Source: Elusimicrobiaceae bacterium (GTDB taxonomy: Bacteria; Elusimicrobiota; Elusimicrobia; Elusimicrobiales; Elusimicrobiaceae). Taken from it: a stretch of DNA of 64,000 nt. A model generated the notes under the pieces. It was given only the letters and a program-made list of their open reading frames with translations. It searched no databases and was not told the DNA's origin. The position numbers and the translations under genes were made by a program. Positions 29,111 through 37,606 of this stretch are shown in pieces (the first letter of the stretch is position 1; each line of letters starts with the position of its first letter). Location of the stretch: NCBI GenBank assembly GCA_045645285.1, contig JAZRIL010000006.1, positions 1,185 through 65,184 on the forward strand, in the 5' to 3' direction.

Positions 29111-29521
29111 CTACCTTCTGGTTACTAATTTGGTTTTGATGGGCAGTTTGTCGGAAGCCAAACGCATAGCCCGTTTGGTATCTTCTTCAGAAGCCCCTTC
29201 CAACTCAAACAAAATCCGGCCCGGTTTGACGACGGCAGCCCAATACTCCGGGGCCCCTTTACCTTTACCCATACGGGTTTCGGCCGGATGTTTGGTGATG
29301 GCTTTATCCGGGAAAATGCGAATCCACAATTTCCCTTTTTTCTTAATAAAGCGCGACAAGGTTACACGGGCCGCTTCAATTTGGCGGGCGGTAATCCATT
29401 TGGGTTCCAAGGCTTTTAAGCCATATTCACCGAAGACCACTTCCGTACCGCGTTTAGCGTTACCTTTAATGCGCGGCGCGCTGAAGGGTTTGCGGTATTT
29501 TACTCTTTTAGGCATCAACAT
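29111..29521 (-). CDS. rplP: 50S ribosomal protein L16
   Basis: 136 aa starting [11 protein letters not shown]. Confidence 0.95.
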   Translation of the reverse strand: MLMPKRVKYRKPFSAPRIKGNAKRGTEVVFGEYGLKALEPKWITARQIEAARVTLSRFIKKKGKLWIRIFPDKAITKHPAETRMGKGKGAPEYWAAVVKPGRILFELEGASEEDTKRAMRLASDKLPIKTKLVTRR

Positions 29522-29535
29522 AAGTCAAAGTCCTC

Positions 29536-30267
29536 TTAGTTCGCTTCCGCTACGGGGGCGGCTACTTCTTGCACGCCTTCGGTAGCAGCGGTTTCCATGT
29601 CACGGTGTTTCTTGAGTTCATGCATAATCTCTTTGGGAGATTTGGCAAAGTGAGTTCTCTTGAAAATCCAGACTTTGATACCGATTTTACCGCTTACGGT
29701 GTTCGCTTCGGTAAAACCGTAATCAATATCGGCGCATAACGTGTGGAGCGGCACGCGGCCTTCACGTTTCCATTCCGTGCGGGCAATTTCCGCACCGCCT
29801 AAACGGCCGGATACCATAATTTTAATACCCAAGGCCTTGCCGGAGAGCGCTTTTTCAATGGCTTTCTTGATAGCAGCACCGTAGTGGGCGCGTTTTTCAA
29901 GTTGCATCGCGATATTTTGCGCAACGAGTTGGGCATCGGTTTCCGGGTTTTTGATTTCTACCACGTTCACAAAGGTTTTGCTGCCGGTAAAGGCCTCTAA
30001 TTCTTTGCGAAGGGCTTCAATATCAGCACCTTTTTTACCGATAACCACACCGGGGCGCGCGGTGTGAATGTTCACACGCAAGAACGCACCGGCTCTTTCA
30101 ATGCCCACGTAACTGATCGCGGCCATATTGAATTTGCCTTCTACGATTTTGCGGATTTCAAAATCTTCTTTGATCAAGGCCGGCATATTCTTCGGGGCGA
30201 ACCAGCGGGAACGCCAATCTTGAATATAACCTAAGCGGATTGACCGGGGGTGAATCTTATGTCCCAT
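29536..30267 (-). CDS. rpsC: 30S ribosomal protein S3
   Basis: 243 aa starting MGHKIHPRSIRLG. Confidence 0.95.
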   Translation of the reverse strand: MGHKIHPRSIRLGYIQDWRSRWFAPKNMPALIKEDFEIRKIVEGKFNMAAISYVGIERAGAFLRVNIHTARPGVVIGKKGADIEALRKELEAFTGSKTFVNVVEIKNPETDAQLVAQNIAMQLEKRAHYGAAIKKAIEKALSGKALGIKIMVSGRLGGAEIARTEWKREGRVPLHTLCADIDYGFTEANTVSGKIGIKVWIFKRTHFAKSPKEIMHELKKHRDMETAATEGVQEVAAPVAEAN

Positions 30268-30270
30268 AAC

Positions 30271-30630
30271 TTAGCGACCTCCCTTTTTTTCATCGGTTAC
30301 AATAACCGTCAAGTGGCACATGCTCTTTTTGTAGGGCATCGCGCGGCCTTGCGGGCCGGGCTGCACTCTTTTCAAGTGGCCGCTGGGGCCCAAATTCGCA
30401 AAGGCCTCTTTAATAAACACTTTGCTAAAGTCCAGTTTTTTACCGGCTTTGACTTCTAAGTTAGCAGCGGCGCTGTGAAGCGTCTTGGCCACTAAATCCG
30501 CCGTACGTTTAGCGACAAACGGTAATACATCTTCCGCCGCCTTTACGTTTTTCCCGCGGATTTGGTCAAGCACTAAGTTCACCTTGCGGCTGCCAAAGCG
30601 TTGAAATTTTGCTTTTGCACAAGCTTCCAT
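30271..30630 (-). CDS. rplV: 50S ribosomal protein L22
   Basis: 119 aa; operon position. Confidence 0.93.
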   Translation of the reverse strand: MEACAKAKFQRFGSRKVNLVLDQIRGKNVKAAEDVLPFVAKRTADLVAKTLHSAAANLEVKAGKKLDFSKVFIKEAFANLGPSGHLKRVQPGPQGRAMPYKKSMCHLTVIVTDEKKGGR

Positions 30631-30646
30631 ATCAAATCCTCAACTC

Positions 30647-30931
30647 TTATTTTAAGGCGGTGGAATCTTTCGTCATACCACCGTGACCTTTGAACAAACG
30701 CGTGAACGAAAATTCACCGAGTTTGTATCCTACCATACGTTCGGAAACGTAAATGGGAAGAAACTTGCGGCCATTATGTACCAAAAACGTATGTCCTACG
30801 AATTCCGGTACAATCGTGCACGCTCTTGCCCACGTTTTGATAGGTTTCTTTTCGTTGGAAGCATTCATGGCTTGAACTTTTTCCAACAGGTTTAAATCCA
30901 CAAACGGACCTTTTTTAGTTGATCTTCCCAT
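30647..30931 (-). CDS. rpsS: 30S ribosomal protein S19
   Basis: 94 aa starting [12 protein letters not shown]. Confidence 0.95.
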   Translation of the reverse strand: MGRSTKKGPFVDLNLLEKVQAMNASNEKKPIKTWARACTIVPEFVGHTFLVHNGRKFLPIYVSERMVGYKLGEFSFTRLFKGHGGMTKDSTALK

Positions 30932-30933
30932 AG

Positions 30934-31773
30934 TTATTTAACCTTATTTTTTCTTCTATCGCTGACAATCATCCAGCCAAACGCTTTTTTGGTAGAGCGT
31001 GTCTTCAAACCGCGGGTTTGTTGGTTCCACGGAGAGCGCGGGATATTGCCGCCTTTACCGTGACCGCGGCCACCACCCATCGGGTGGTCAACAGCGTTCA
31101 TCGCGCTACCGCGTACGGTAGGACGTTCGCCGCGGTGGCGGTTGCGCCCCGCGTTGCCGATGACGATGTTGCCGTGGTCAATGTTGCCGACTTGGCCGAT
31201 AGTCGCACAGCAATCGCTGGGTACTAAGCGGATTTCGCCGGACGGCATTTTGATATGGGCATAGTCCGATTCTTTGGCCATAAGTTGGGCCTGACTGCCG
31301 GCGCTGCGCGCAAGTTGCGCCCCTTTGCCGACTTTCAGTTCAATGGCGTGGATAAAAGTACCTTCAGGAATGTTTTTAAGTGCAAGGCAATTACCCACTT
31401 TAATATCTGCGGCCGGGCCGGACATAAGTACGTCGCCCACCTGAACACCGAGCGGATGCAAGATATATCTCTTGTCGCCGTCGGCATAATTTAACAAGCA
31501 GATACGGGCGCTGCGGTTCGGGTCGTATTCAATAGACACGACTTTGGCCGGCACGCCGTATTTTTCACGCTTGAAATCAATTTGTCTATAGGCACGTCTG
31601 TGCCCGCCGCCAATATGGCGAACCATAATCATACCGGTATTGTTTCTACCACCGGTTTTGCGTAGACCTTTGGTTAAACGCTTCTCGGGCGTGGTCTTGG
31701 TAATATCGGAGTAATCCGACACCGTGATCGTGCGGCGGGAAGGGGTATAAGGTCTAAAAGACTTAATAGGCAT
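30934..31773 (-). CDS. rplB: 50S ribosomal protein L2
   Basis: 279 aa containing [13 protein letters not shown]. Confidence 0.96.
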   Translation of the reverse strand: MPIKSFRPYTPSRRTITVSDYSDITKTTPEKRLTKGLRKTGGRNNTGMIMVRHIGGGHRRAYRQIDFKREKYGVPAKVVSIEYDPNRSARICLLNYADGDKRYILHPLGVQVGDVLMSGPAADIKVGNCLALKNIPEGTFIHAIELKVGKGAQLARSAGSQAQLMAKESDYAHIKMPSGEIRLVPSDCCATIGQVGNIDHGNIVIGNAGRNRHRGERPTVRGSAMNAVDHPMGGGRGHGKGGNIPRSPWNQQTRGLKTRSTKKAFGWMIVSDRRKNKVK

Positions 31774-31794
31774 AGTTAGTAGTTTCTCCTTTCT

Positions 31795-32088
31795 CTACTT
31801 TGAAGCGGCTTCCACCATTTCAATTTTATCGCCTTCTTTCAAGGTCACAAAGGCCTTTTTATAGTCAGGCCGTTTGCCCTCAAAGCGACCCATCCGATGG
31901 GTCTTACCCGTGACGGAAATCGTGTTAATCTTTTTAACGGTTACGTTAAAGATGGTTTCCACCGCGGTTTTAATTTCGCCTTTGGACGCGTTGGCGGCTA
32001 CGATAAAGCCGTAGCGGTTGTGGCTATCGCGTTCAATCAGACTTTTTTCCGTTAAGAGCGGTTTTTTCAAGGTTGTATAGGTGGTCAT
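31795..32088 (-). CDS. rplW: 50S ribosomal protein L23
   Basis: 97 aa; operon position. Confidence 0.92.
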   Translation of the reverse strand: MTTYTTLKKPLLTEKSLIERDSHNRYGFIVAANASKGEIKTAVETIFNVTVKKINTISVTGKTHRMGRFEGKRPDYKKAFVTLKEGDKIEMVEAASK

Positions 32089-32720
32089 TACTTGGCCTCC
32101 TTAGCAAACGTATCGCTGAGTTTTTGTACCGCTTCTTGGGTTAGGATAACTTTCGTGCTGTTGAGCACCGCATACGCGTTGGCATCTTGCGGCATCAAGC
32201 GGGTTAAGCCCGCGATGTTGCGGCTGGCCAAAGCGGCGTTTTCATCGGCGAAGTTATCCATCACTAAGGGTTTGCGCCCGGCGGATAATACGTTCATAAT
32301 CTCGGCAAATGCGTGAGTTTTGGGTTCGCTGAGTTTGAGCGTATCCAACACCACCACATTTCCTTCTGCCATTTTGGCAGACAACGCCATAGCCAGCGCG
32401 GCGCGGCGTTTAGCCACCGGCAAGTATTGGCGGTATGAATGCGGAGTCGGCCCGAAGGCGATACCACCGTGGCGGAATTGCACGGCACGCAACGAACCCT
32501 GACGGGCGCGGCCGGTGCCTTTTTGTTTCCACGGTTTTTTACCGGTACCGGAAACTTCGGCGCGGGTTTTGGTATCCGCGGTGCCGCGTCTTTGGTTAGC
32601 CAAAAAAGCGGTGACGACTTCGTGTAAGAAAGTAGGATTGGGTTTCACACCGAACAAACTATCCGGCAGATTGCACGTTCCTTTCTCTTTACCTGTGATA
32701 TCTAAAACTTTCGTTTCCAT
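32088..32720 (-). CDS. rplD: 50S ribosomal protein L4
   Basis: ATG at 32720 (METKVLD) with AAGGA 8 nt upstream; the track start at 32726 is TTG. Confidence 0.93.
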   Translation of the reverse strand: METKVLDITGKEKGTCNLPDSLFGVKPNPTFLHEVVTAFLANQRRGTADTKTRAEVSGTGKKPWKQKGTGRARQGSLRAVQFRHGGIAFGPTPHSYRQYLPVAKRRAALAMALSAKMAEGNVVVLDTLKLSEPKTHAFAEIMNVLSAGRKPLVMDNFADENAALASRNIAGLTRLMPQDANAYAVLNSTKVILTQEAVQKLSDTFAKEAK

Positions 32721-32731
32721 GGTCAAAGTCC

Positions 32732-33523
32732 TTACTTCTTGTTAGCGGCCTTAGAAGCAGAAATCTTGCTTTGTTGGGGCGCCACATAGTGTTTTTTGTA
32801 TTTGGAAGTTTCCAAGACGGACACGATGGAACCTTTCGCTCCCGGAACAGAACCTTTTAAGAACAAAAGTCCGTTTTCGTTGTCTACTTTGATAACTTCA
32901 ATTTTGGCTACCGTGTGGGTAGTGGTACCGTAGTGGCCCGCCATGCGTTGGCCGGACAATACTTTACCTAAAGAGCGGCGGGAGCCCAAAGACCCCGGAG
33001 CGCGCGAGCGGTCGGACTGACCGTGCGAATCCGGTTGCCCGGCAAAGCCGTGGCGTTTCATCGCACCGGCAAAACCGTGCCCTTTAATTTTACCCTGTAC
33101 GTCCACATAGTCGCCGGGTTTAAAGATTTTTTCAAGTGAAATGACTTGACCGATTTCAAAGCCGGCTACATCGGCAACACGGCATTCTTTCATGTGTTTG
33201 ACCGGAGCCACGTTGGCTTTTTTGAAATACCCGAGTTCAGGTTTATTCAGTTTGCTTTCTTTCACTTCGCCAAAACCCACGCAAACGGCGTTGTAGCCGT
33301 CTTTTTCCTGGGTTCTGACACGCACAACCTTGCACGGGCCCGCTTTGACAACGGACACACCATACAGATTGCCTTTTTCATCAAAGAGTTGCGTCATGCC
33401 GATTTTTTCGCCAATTACAAAGCGGAAAGTTTCGGGCGCCTCTTTGACAGTTTCTGCTTTGGCCGGTTCAGCAACGGGCGTTGCCTCTTGGGCACCAGCA
33501 GCATTTTGCATTTCTTCTGTCAT
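32732..33523 (-). CDS. rplC: 50S ribosomal protein L3 with about 35-aa acidic Ala/Pro-rich N-terminal extension
   Basis: 263 aa. The conserved core begins at FVIGEKIGMTQLF. No alternative start codon lies near it. Confidence 0.92.
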   Translation of the reverse strand: MTEEMQNAAGAQEATPVAEPAKAETVKEAPETFRFVIGEKIGMTQLFDEKGNLYGVSVVKAGPCKVVRVRTQEKDGYNAVCVGFGEVKESKLNKPELGYFKKANVAPVKHMKECRVADVAGFEIGQVISLEKIFKPGDYVDVQGKIKGHGFAGAMKRHGFAGQPDSHGQSDRSRAPGSLGSRRSLGKVLSGQRMAGHYGTTTHTVAKIEVIKVDNENGLLFLKGSVPGAKGSIVSVLETSKYKKHYVAPQQSKISASKAANKK

Positions 33524-33539
33524 AGTTCCTATTTATTCC

Positions 33540-33884
33540 TTAGTTACTTTTAATGGCCACATCTACACCGGCGGGCAAATCCAATTTCATGAGTTCGTCC
33601 ACGGTTTTAGAGGTGGGGCTTTTCAAGTCAATGAGTCTTTTGTGAATGCGCATTTCAAATTGTTCTCTGCTCTTTTTATCGGTATGGGGAGAGCGAAGTA
33701 CGGTGTACTTTTTAATCCGGACCGGTAACAGAACAGGACCCGCTACTAACGCACCCGTTTTTTGCGCGGTTTCTACGATGCGCGCAACCGAGGCGTCCAG
33801 CATGCGATGGTCATAAGAACGCAATTTAATGCGGATTCTTTCTTGGCCAATAGTATTGGCTTTTTTTGCTGTTTTTTCTGCCAT
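33540..33884 (-). CDS. rpsJ: 30S ribosomal protein S10
   Basis: 114 aa containing [15 protein letters not shown]. Confidence 0.95.
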   Translation of the reverse strand: MAEKTAKKANTIGQERIRIKLRSYDHRMLDASVARIVETAQKTGALVAGPVLLPVRIKKYTVLRSPHTDKKSREQFEMRIHKRLIDLKSPTSKTVDELMKLDLPAGVDVAIKSN

Positions 33885-34017
33885 TTTTAGTTTTTTCCTT
33901 ACTATTTTTACAAAGTTTTTTACAAATAATTTATCGGCAGAAAACCCCTTTCCGGTCCGATTTCTTCGTCGGGCCGGTTAGGAATTTTTTGCCTTACTGC
34001 TAATTCAATACCATTTT

Positions 34018-34026
34018 ATTATATCA
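34018..34026 (-). promoter_or_regulatory. extended -10 (TGaTATAAT) upstream of rpsJ; implies a 5' leader of about 125 nt
   Basis: Minus-strand reading is AATTTGATATAATAAAATGG. The leader contains the hairpin CCGGCCCGAcgaagaaaTCGGACCGG. Confidence 0.45.
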
Positions 34027-34177
34027 AATTAGCGGGCTTTTGTGCACACTGTTTTTAGCGGTTTCACCCTTGCGCATAAAACAGGGCTACACTAAAATCC
34101 TGATGGATATATTGTACTATAAATTATCCCGCGTGTAAATAGGGAAATAAATTTGCTATACTAATGCGGGAGGAAAT

Positions 34178-34405
34178 ATGAAAAAAGGATTTTCACTCAT
34201 CGGTTTTTTAGTTACCATGCTGCTTATCGGCATTTTACTAAAACTGATGATTGCGCCGTACCAGCAACAAACGAAAAAATCTTCCCGCACTCATATTCAA
34301 ACCAAAAGCCAAGCCAAACAGACTGTAGATAACGTCCGCGCCACATTGGAGCAAGCCCAAAAGGAATCTGCCCGGCAACGCGCCGAAGCAGGTTTGGATT
34401 TTTAA
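34178..34405 (+). CDS. small prepilin-like / pseudopilin-like membrane protein
   Basis: SD GGGAGG. N-terminus MKKGFSLIGFLVTMLLIGIL resembles a class III signal peptide, but has Gly where Glu5 is expected. Confidence 0.5.
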   Translation: MKKGFSLIGFLVTMLLIGILLKLMIAPYQQQTKKSSRTHIQTKSQAKQTVDNVRATLEQAQKESARQRAEAGLDF

Positions 34406-34406
34406 T

Positions 34407-34799
34407 ATGATGAAAATGTCCGCCATCGCCAAAACAATTCTTATAGGGTTAATCGTGATTCCCGGAATTTTTTTACTGATAGGATCTTCTCTTATTATGT
34501 CATGGCCGATAATACTGGCATCTATCGGATTGGCGGTTTTAGCCATTCTATATTTTAAGAAAGCCGTTCATTGTACCGAACAAATTAGCAACCGAATTGA
34601 TGAACGTAAAAACTTTATTATACTCTCTTTGATGGCGTTGCCCTTTGTATTGCTATCATTAGGTCTTATGGTCCGGGTTTTTTTTAGCGGCAATTGGCAA
34701 CTAATCGGAGCGCAATTACTCCTTCATCCCTTATCATTATCTTTATATTTATCTCTTTATATTCTTATACAGGATACAATACTGTTGTTAAAAAAATAA
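34407..34799 (+). CDS. hypothetical integral membrane protein (about 4 TM)
   Basis: 130 aa, hydrophobic, AT-rich. Start lies 1 nt after the upstream stop. Confidence 0.5.
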   Translation: MMKMSAIAKTILIGLIVIPGIFLLIGSSLIMSWPIILASIGLAVLAILYFKKAVHCTEQISNRIDERKNFIILSLMALPFVLLSLGLMVRVFFSGNWQLIGAQLLLHPLSLSLYLSLYILIQDTILLLKK

Positions 34800-34804
34800 A
34801 TACT

Positions 34805-35335
34805 ATGACATTAAACTTCAAACTTAACATTGTAAAAGATTATCCAAAACCGGGAATCAATTTCATTGATATTAACCCGCTGTTACAAAACCCGTCGGAA
34901 TATGCGGCTGTTATTGACGCTTTTTGCGATACGATTAAAAAGTCAGGCGCGGACTTAACCAAAACCGCTATTATCGCGCCCGAAGCGCGCGGGTTTCTGT
35001 TTGCTACCCCAGTAGCCCATGCACTACACTTGCCCTTGATTTTGATTCGCAAACAAGGCAAAATCCCTAACCACCCCTATACGTTTCATATTACTAACGA
35101 ATATACATCGTACAATATGGAAGTGGATAGCGATTTATTAGATAACTTTTCGCAATTTATTTACATTGATGATATTTTGGCAACCGGGCAGACGCTTGCG
35201 TCTGTGCGGGGGGCGTTGAAAGCCAAAGACAAAGACCTTGTGCTTGCCGTCCACTTGACTGACGTAACCGACCTTAAAAAAATGCGTGATGAAAACCCGG
35301 CTTTAGTCGGGCTGCCTTTAGAGATTATTTTGTAA
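34805..35335 (+). CDS. apt: adenine phosphoribosyltransferase
   Basis: Start MTLNFKLNIVKDYPKPGINFIDI. PRPP motif is FIYIDDILATGQT. Confidence 0.88.
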   Translation: MTLNFKLNIVKDYPKPGINFIDINPLLQNPSEYAAVIDAFCDTIKKSGADLTKTAIIAPEARGFLFATPVAHALHLPLILIRKQGKIPNHPYTFHITNEYTSYNMEVDSDLLDNFSQFIYIDDILATGQTLASVRGALKAKDKDLVLAVHLTDVTDLKKMRDENPALVGLPLEIIL

Positions 35336-35398
35336 TACACCAAAGGGCCTATTGGGTGTATAGGTCTTTTGACCCTTGTTTACCGAGCTACCGCGTAT

Positions 35399-35404
35399 TA
35401 CAAT
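35399..35404 (+). promoter_or_regulatory. -10 box TACAAT 6 nt upstream of ATG (leaderless-type); -35 TTGTTT at 35376..35381
   Basis: Sequence reads TACAATaaaagtATG with no SD. Confidence 0.4.
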
Positions 35405-35410
35405 AAAAGT

Positions 35411-36610
35411 ATGAAGAAGATTTTTCTTTTCCTTTTATTGCTAACGCTGGGAACTATATCCTACGCACAAAAATTTTCGGTCAAATTCTTAAAACCCGGT
35501 TTTTCCCAAGGGGCAGCGTCTTACGCGCAAAAATTCCCGGTCCGGTTTATCCGGCCCGGTTTCCCGCAGACAACCGGGCTGGTGAACATGACGGCGTTAC
35601 GAACTAGCATATACGCGGCCGCCCGGCAAGCCGGGATAACGTCGCGCGTGCGGCTGGCTCAAGAGGCGGCCCGGGCCGATTTAGTCAAAAGTGTTTTCCG
35701 CGCGTACCCGTTGGGACAAACCAAAGGACACGCTTATTCCGGTTTTATTTTTAAAACCACCTATCAAGGTAAAGAAGAAGTTTTTGGCGCAATTGCCCAA
35801 CACGCCATGTCTTCTACTTTGAAAGACAGCGGAAAACTGGGCATAACCTTTACCGCACGCGTGATGAACGGCGAACAAGTAGTAGATATCCCAGCGGAGG
35901 TGGTCCAACTGTCCGCCATCAGTATGCCGGATATTGCGCTCGTCAAATTCCGCCCGGAAGATGAAAAATTACTTACCCCGCTCACGCTGGCCGAGCAAGA
36001 GCCGACACTCAACGAACCGTTGCAACTCATTGGGTTTGGCATGAAAGAATTAACCTTTATTACAGATAGCCCGCTACTTAAAACCGCTCCGTTTAATTTG
36101 CGTTTCCCTATGGGGGAAGATTCATGGGCCTGGCCGGGGCTATGCGGTAGCCCGGTGTTGAATGAGGCTGGAGAAGTGGTCGGCACGATGACAGGGGCCG
36201 CACTTCAAACAACTGACCCGTCTTATTATTACACCGGATATGCCACGCGCAATTTGTATTTGCGGGCTTTAGTAGCGGCCTTTCACGGCGACGTGGAAAA
36301 AGCGTCTTTCCCGCTTATTTTGAATGGAGAAAAAATTGTTGATTTGCGCACGGACGAATTTGTTTCACTCATTATTTTACGAGATGAAAACAGCAAAACC
36401 ATTTTCCAAAAAGCCATACAAAGCAAATTCCCCAACTCTACCATTATGGAATATTTGCCCGAAACCCGGTATATTGAATTATATATTGAAAATGTATGGT
36501 GGTCCGGCTACGAACTTATAGAAGGCGGAAATATCCTCTCTACTCGTTATGTGGTGTACGACTTGCAGGAAAAGCAAATTATTACAGATCGCCCACGCAG
36601 AAATAATTAA
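35411..36610 (+). CDS. secreted trypsin/V8-like (clan PA fold) peptidase with Cys at the nucleophile position
   Basis: Signal peptide MKKIFLFLLLLTLGTISYA. His131 (FGAIAQHAM), Asp174 (PDIALVKF) and Cys245 in GLCGSPVL (compare GNSGSPV). Tandem 20-aa repeat YAQKF.V.F..PGF at the N-terminus. Confidence 0.65.
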   Translation: MKKIFLFLLLLTLGTISYAQKFSVKFLKPGFSQGAASYAQKFPVRFIRPGFPQTTGLVNMTALRTSIYAAARQAGITSRVRLAQEAARADLVKSVFRAYPLGQTKGHAYSGFIFKTTYQGKEEVFGAIAQHAMSSTLKDSGKLGITFTARVMNGEQVVDIPAEVVQLSAISMPDIALVKFRPEDEKLLTPLTLAEQEPTLNEPLQLIGFGMKELTFITDSPLLKTAPFNLRFPMGEDSWAWPGLCGSPVLNEAGEVVGTMTGAALQTTDPSYYYTGYATRNLYLRALVAAFHGDVEKASFPLILNGEKIVDLRTDEFVSLIILRDENSKTIFQKAIQSKFPNSTIMEYLPETRYIELYIENVWWSGYELIEGGNILSTRYVVYDLQEKQIITDRPRRNN

Positions 36611-36620
36611 ACTTTATGTA

Positions 36621-36651
36621 ATACCCCCGCCGCGTGCGGGGGTATTTTTTT
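36621..36651 (+). terminator. rho-independent terminator
   Basis: Sequence is ATACCCCCGCcgcgtGCGGGGGTATTTTTTT. Confidence 0.85.
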
Positions 36652-36737
36652 GGCTACTATTTGCAAACCAATCCTTTTCAGACCCGGTTTTATTCAATTA
36701 AACAACGTACTATTTCCGTTGGACCGCCAAATTTTCC

Positions 36738-36765
36738 TTGACAAAGCAAAAAAAAAAACGATAAT
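36738..36765 (+). promoter_or_regulatory. pilin promoter cassette copy 3 (TTGACA, A11 spacer, GATAAT)
   Basis: Same block as the other copies. It is separated from its SD by an inserted palindrome. Confidence 0.65.
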
Positions 36766-36787
36766 AAAGAGACGAAAAAAATATAAG

Positions 36788-36862
36788 GTCATTCTGAAGA
36801 CCGCGCCTCGTCATCCCGCAGTGTTGGTATGCGGGATATGGGCGCGGTGAGAAAGGAATGAC
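36788..36862 (+). repeat. three-layer nested palindrome with a family-1 core (36808..36839) in the pilin-3 5' UTR
   Basis: Structure is GTCATTC..ACCGCGCC-TCGTCATCCCGCAGTGTTGGTATGCGGGATAT-GGGCGCGGT..GAATGAC. Confidence 0.7.
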
Positions 36863-36889
36863 ACCCTTGTTGATATTAAGGAGAATTTT

Positions 36890-37543
36890 ATGAACAACAA
36901 AAGCCGTTATGAAAAAGAAGTGTCATTCCCGAATTTGCCCGTCCGGCAAGGACTCGGGAATCTTCCTCTTTCTAGGTCGTTATTAAAAGAGGAAAAACAA
37001 CCTTATTTTATGAAGAAAGTAGAAGATCCCCGACAGAAACCTTCGGGGATGACAACGCTTTTTTATAACGGCAACGGTGGTTTCACTCTCATTGAACTTC
37101 TTGTAGTTGTACTCATCATCGGAATTTTGGCGGCGGTGGCCCTGCCGCAGTATAAACAGGCCGTGGAGAAAAGTAAAATTATGCCTTATATTTCTTCTCT
37201 AAAAACACTGGCGCAGGCACAAGAAGTCTTCTTTTTGGCTAATGGCAGGTATAGTCTTTTTAGCCAAGATTTAGACATTACCGTCCCCTCTACTTGCACA
37301 ACAGTAAATGATAATGTTTTTAAGTGCGGAAATCTAGCATGGATGGAAATTTATAATGCCGAGACTAAAGCCCTACTTTTTGTATATTGTCCGAATAGTC
37401 TTCAATCTTGGGGCACGTGTAATGCTGCTAGTCATTTTGAGTTGAAATATAATTTAGAATCCGGTAACGCATCCTCGTCCGGGTGGGAATGTACCGTTAA
37501 AAACAATTCCTCTTTCGGAAAGTACTTCTGTAAAACTTTCTAA
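36890..37543 (+). CDS. type IV pilin-like protein with a 65-aa leader
   Basis: SD AAGGAG and motif G|[28 protein letters not shown]. Confidence 0.8.
   Translation: MNNKSRYEKEVSFPNLPVRQGLGNLPLSRSLLKEEKQPYFMKKVEDPRQKPSGMTTLFYNGNGGFTLIELLVVVLIIGILAAVALPQYKQAVEKSKIMPYISSLKTLAQAQEVFFLANGRYSLFSQDLDITVPSTCTTVNDNVFKCGNLAWMEIYNAETKALLFVYCPNSLQSWGTCNAASHFELKYNLESGNASSSGWECTVKNNSSFGKYFCKTF
36922..37053 (+). mobile_element. 132-bp MITE-like element, homolog of 4124..4243, in frame in the pilin leader
   Basis: Same termini GTCATTCCCGA...TCGGGGATGAC. About 85% identical to copy 1 apart from a 12-nt indel. Same reading phase. Confidence 0.7.
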
Positions 37544-37551
37544 TTTATTAC

Positions 37552-37585
37552 AAAAAAGAGCCACCCAAAAGGGTGGCTCAATTTT
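37552..37585. terminator. bidirectional terminator between pilin-3 and fusA
   Basis: Sequence is AAAAAAGAGCCACCCaaaaGGGTGGCTCAATTTT. Confidence 0.85.
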
Positions 37586-37606
37586 ACTGCACTCAATCTA
37601 GTTGAC

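Noticed and set aside
36650-36850. 66-aa ORF upstream of pilin 3.
   Set aside because: It spans the shared pilin promoter and the nested palindrome, so it reads as translated repeat or regulatory DNA.
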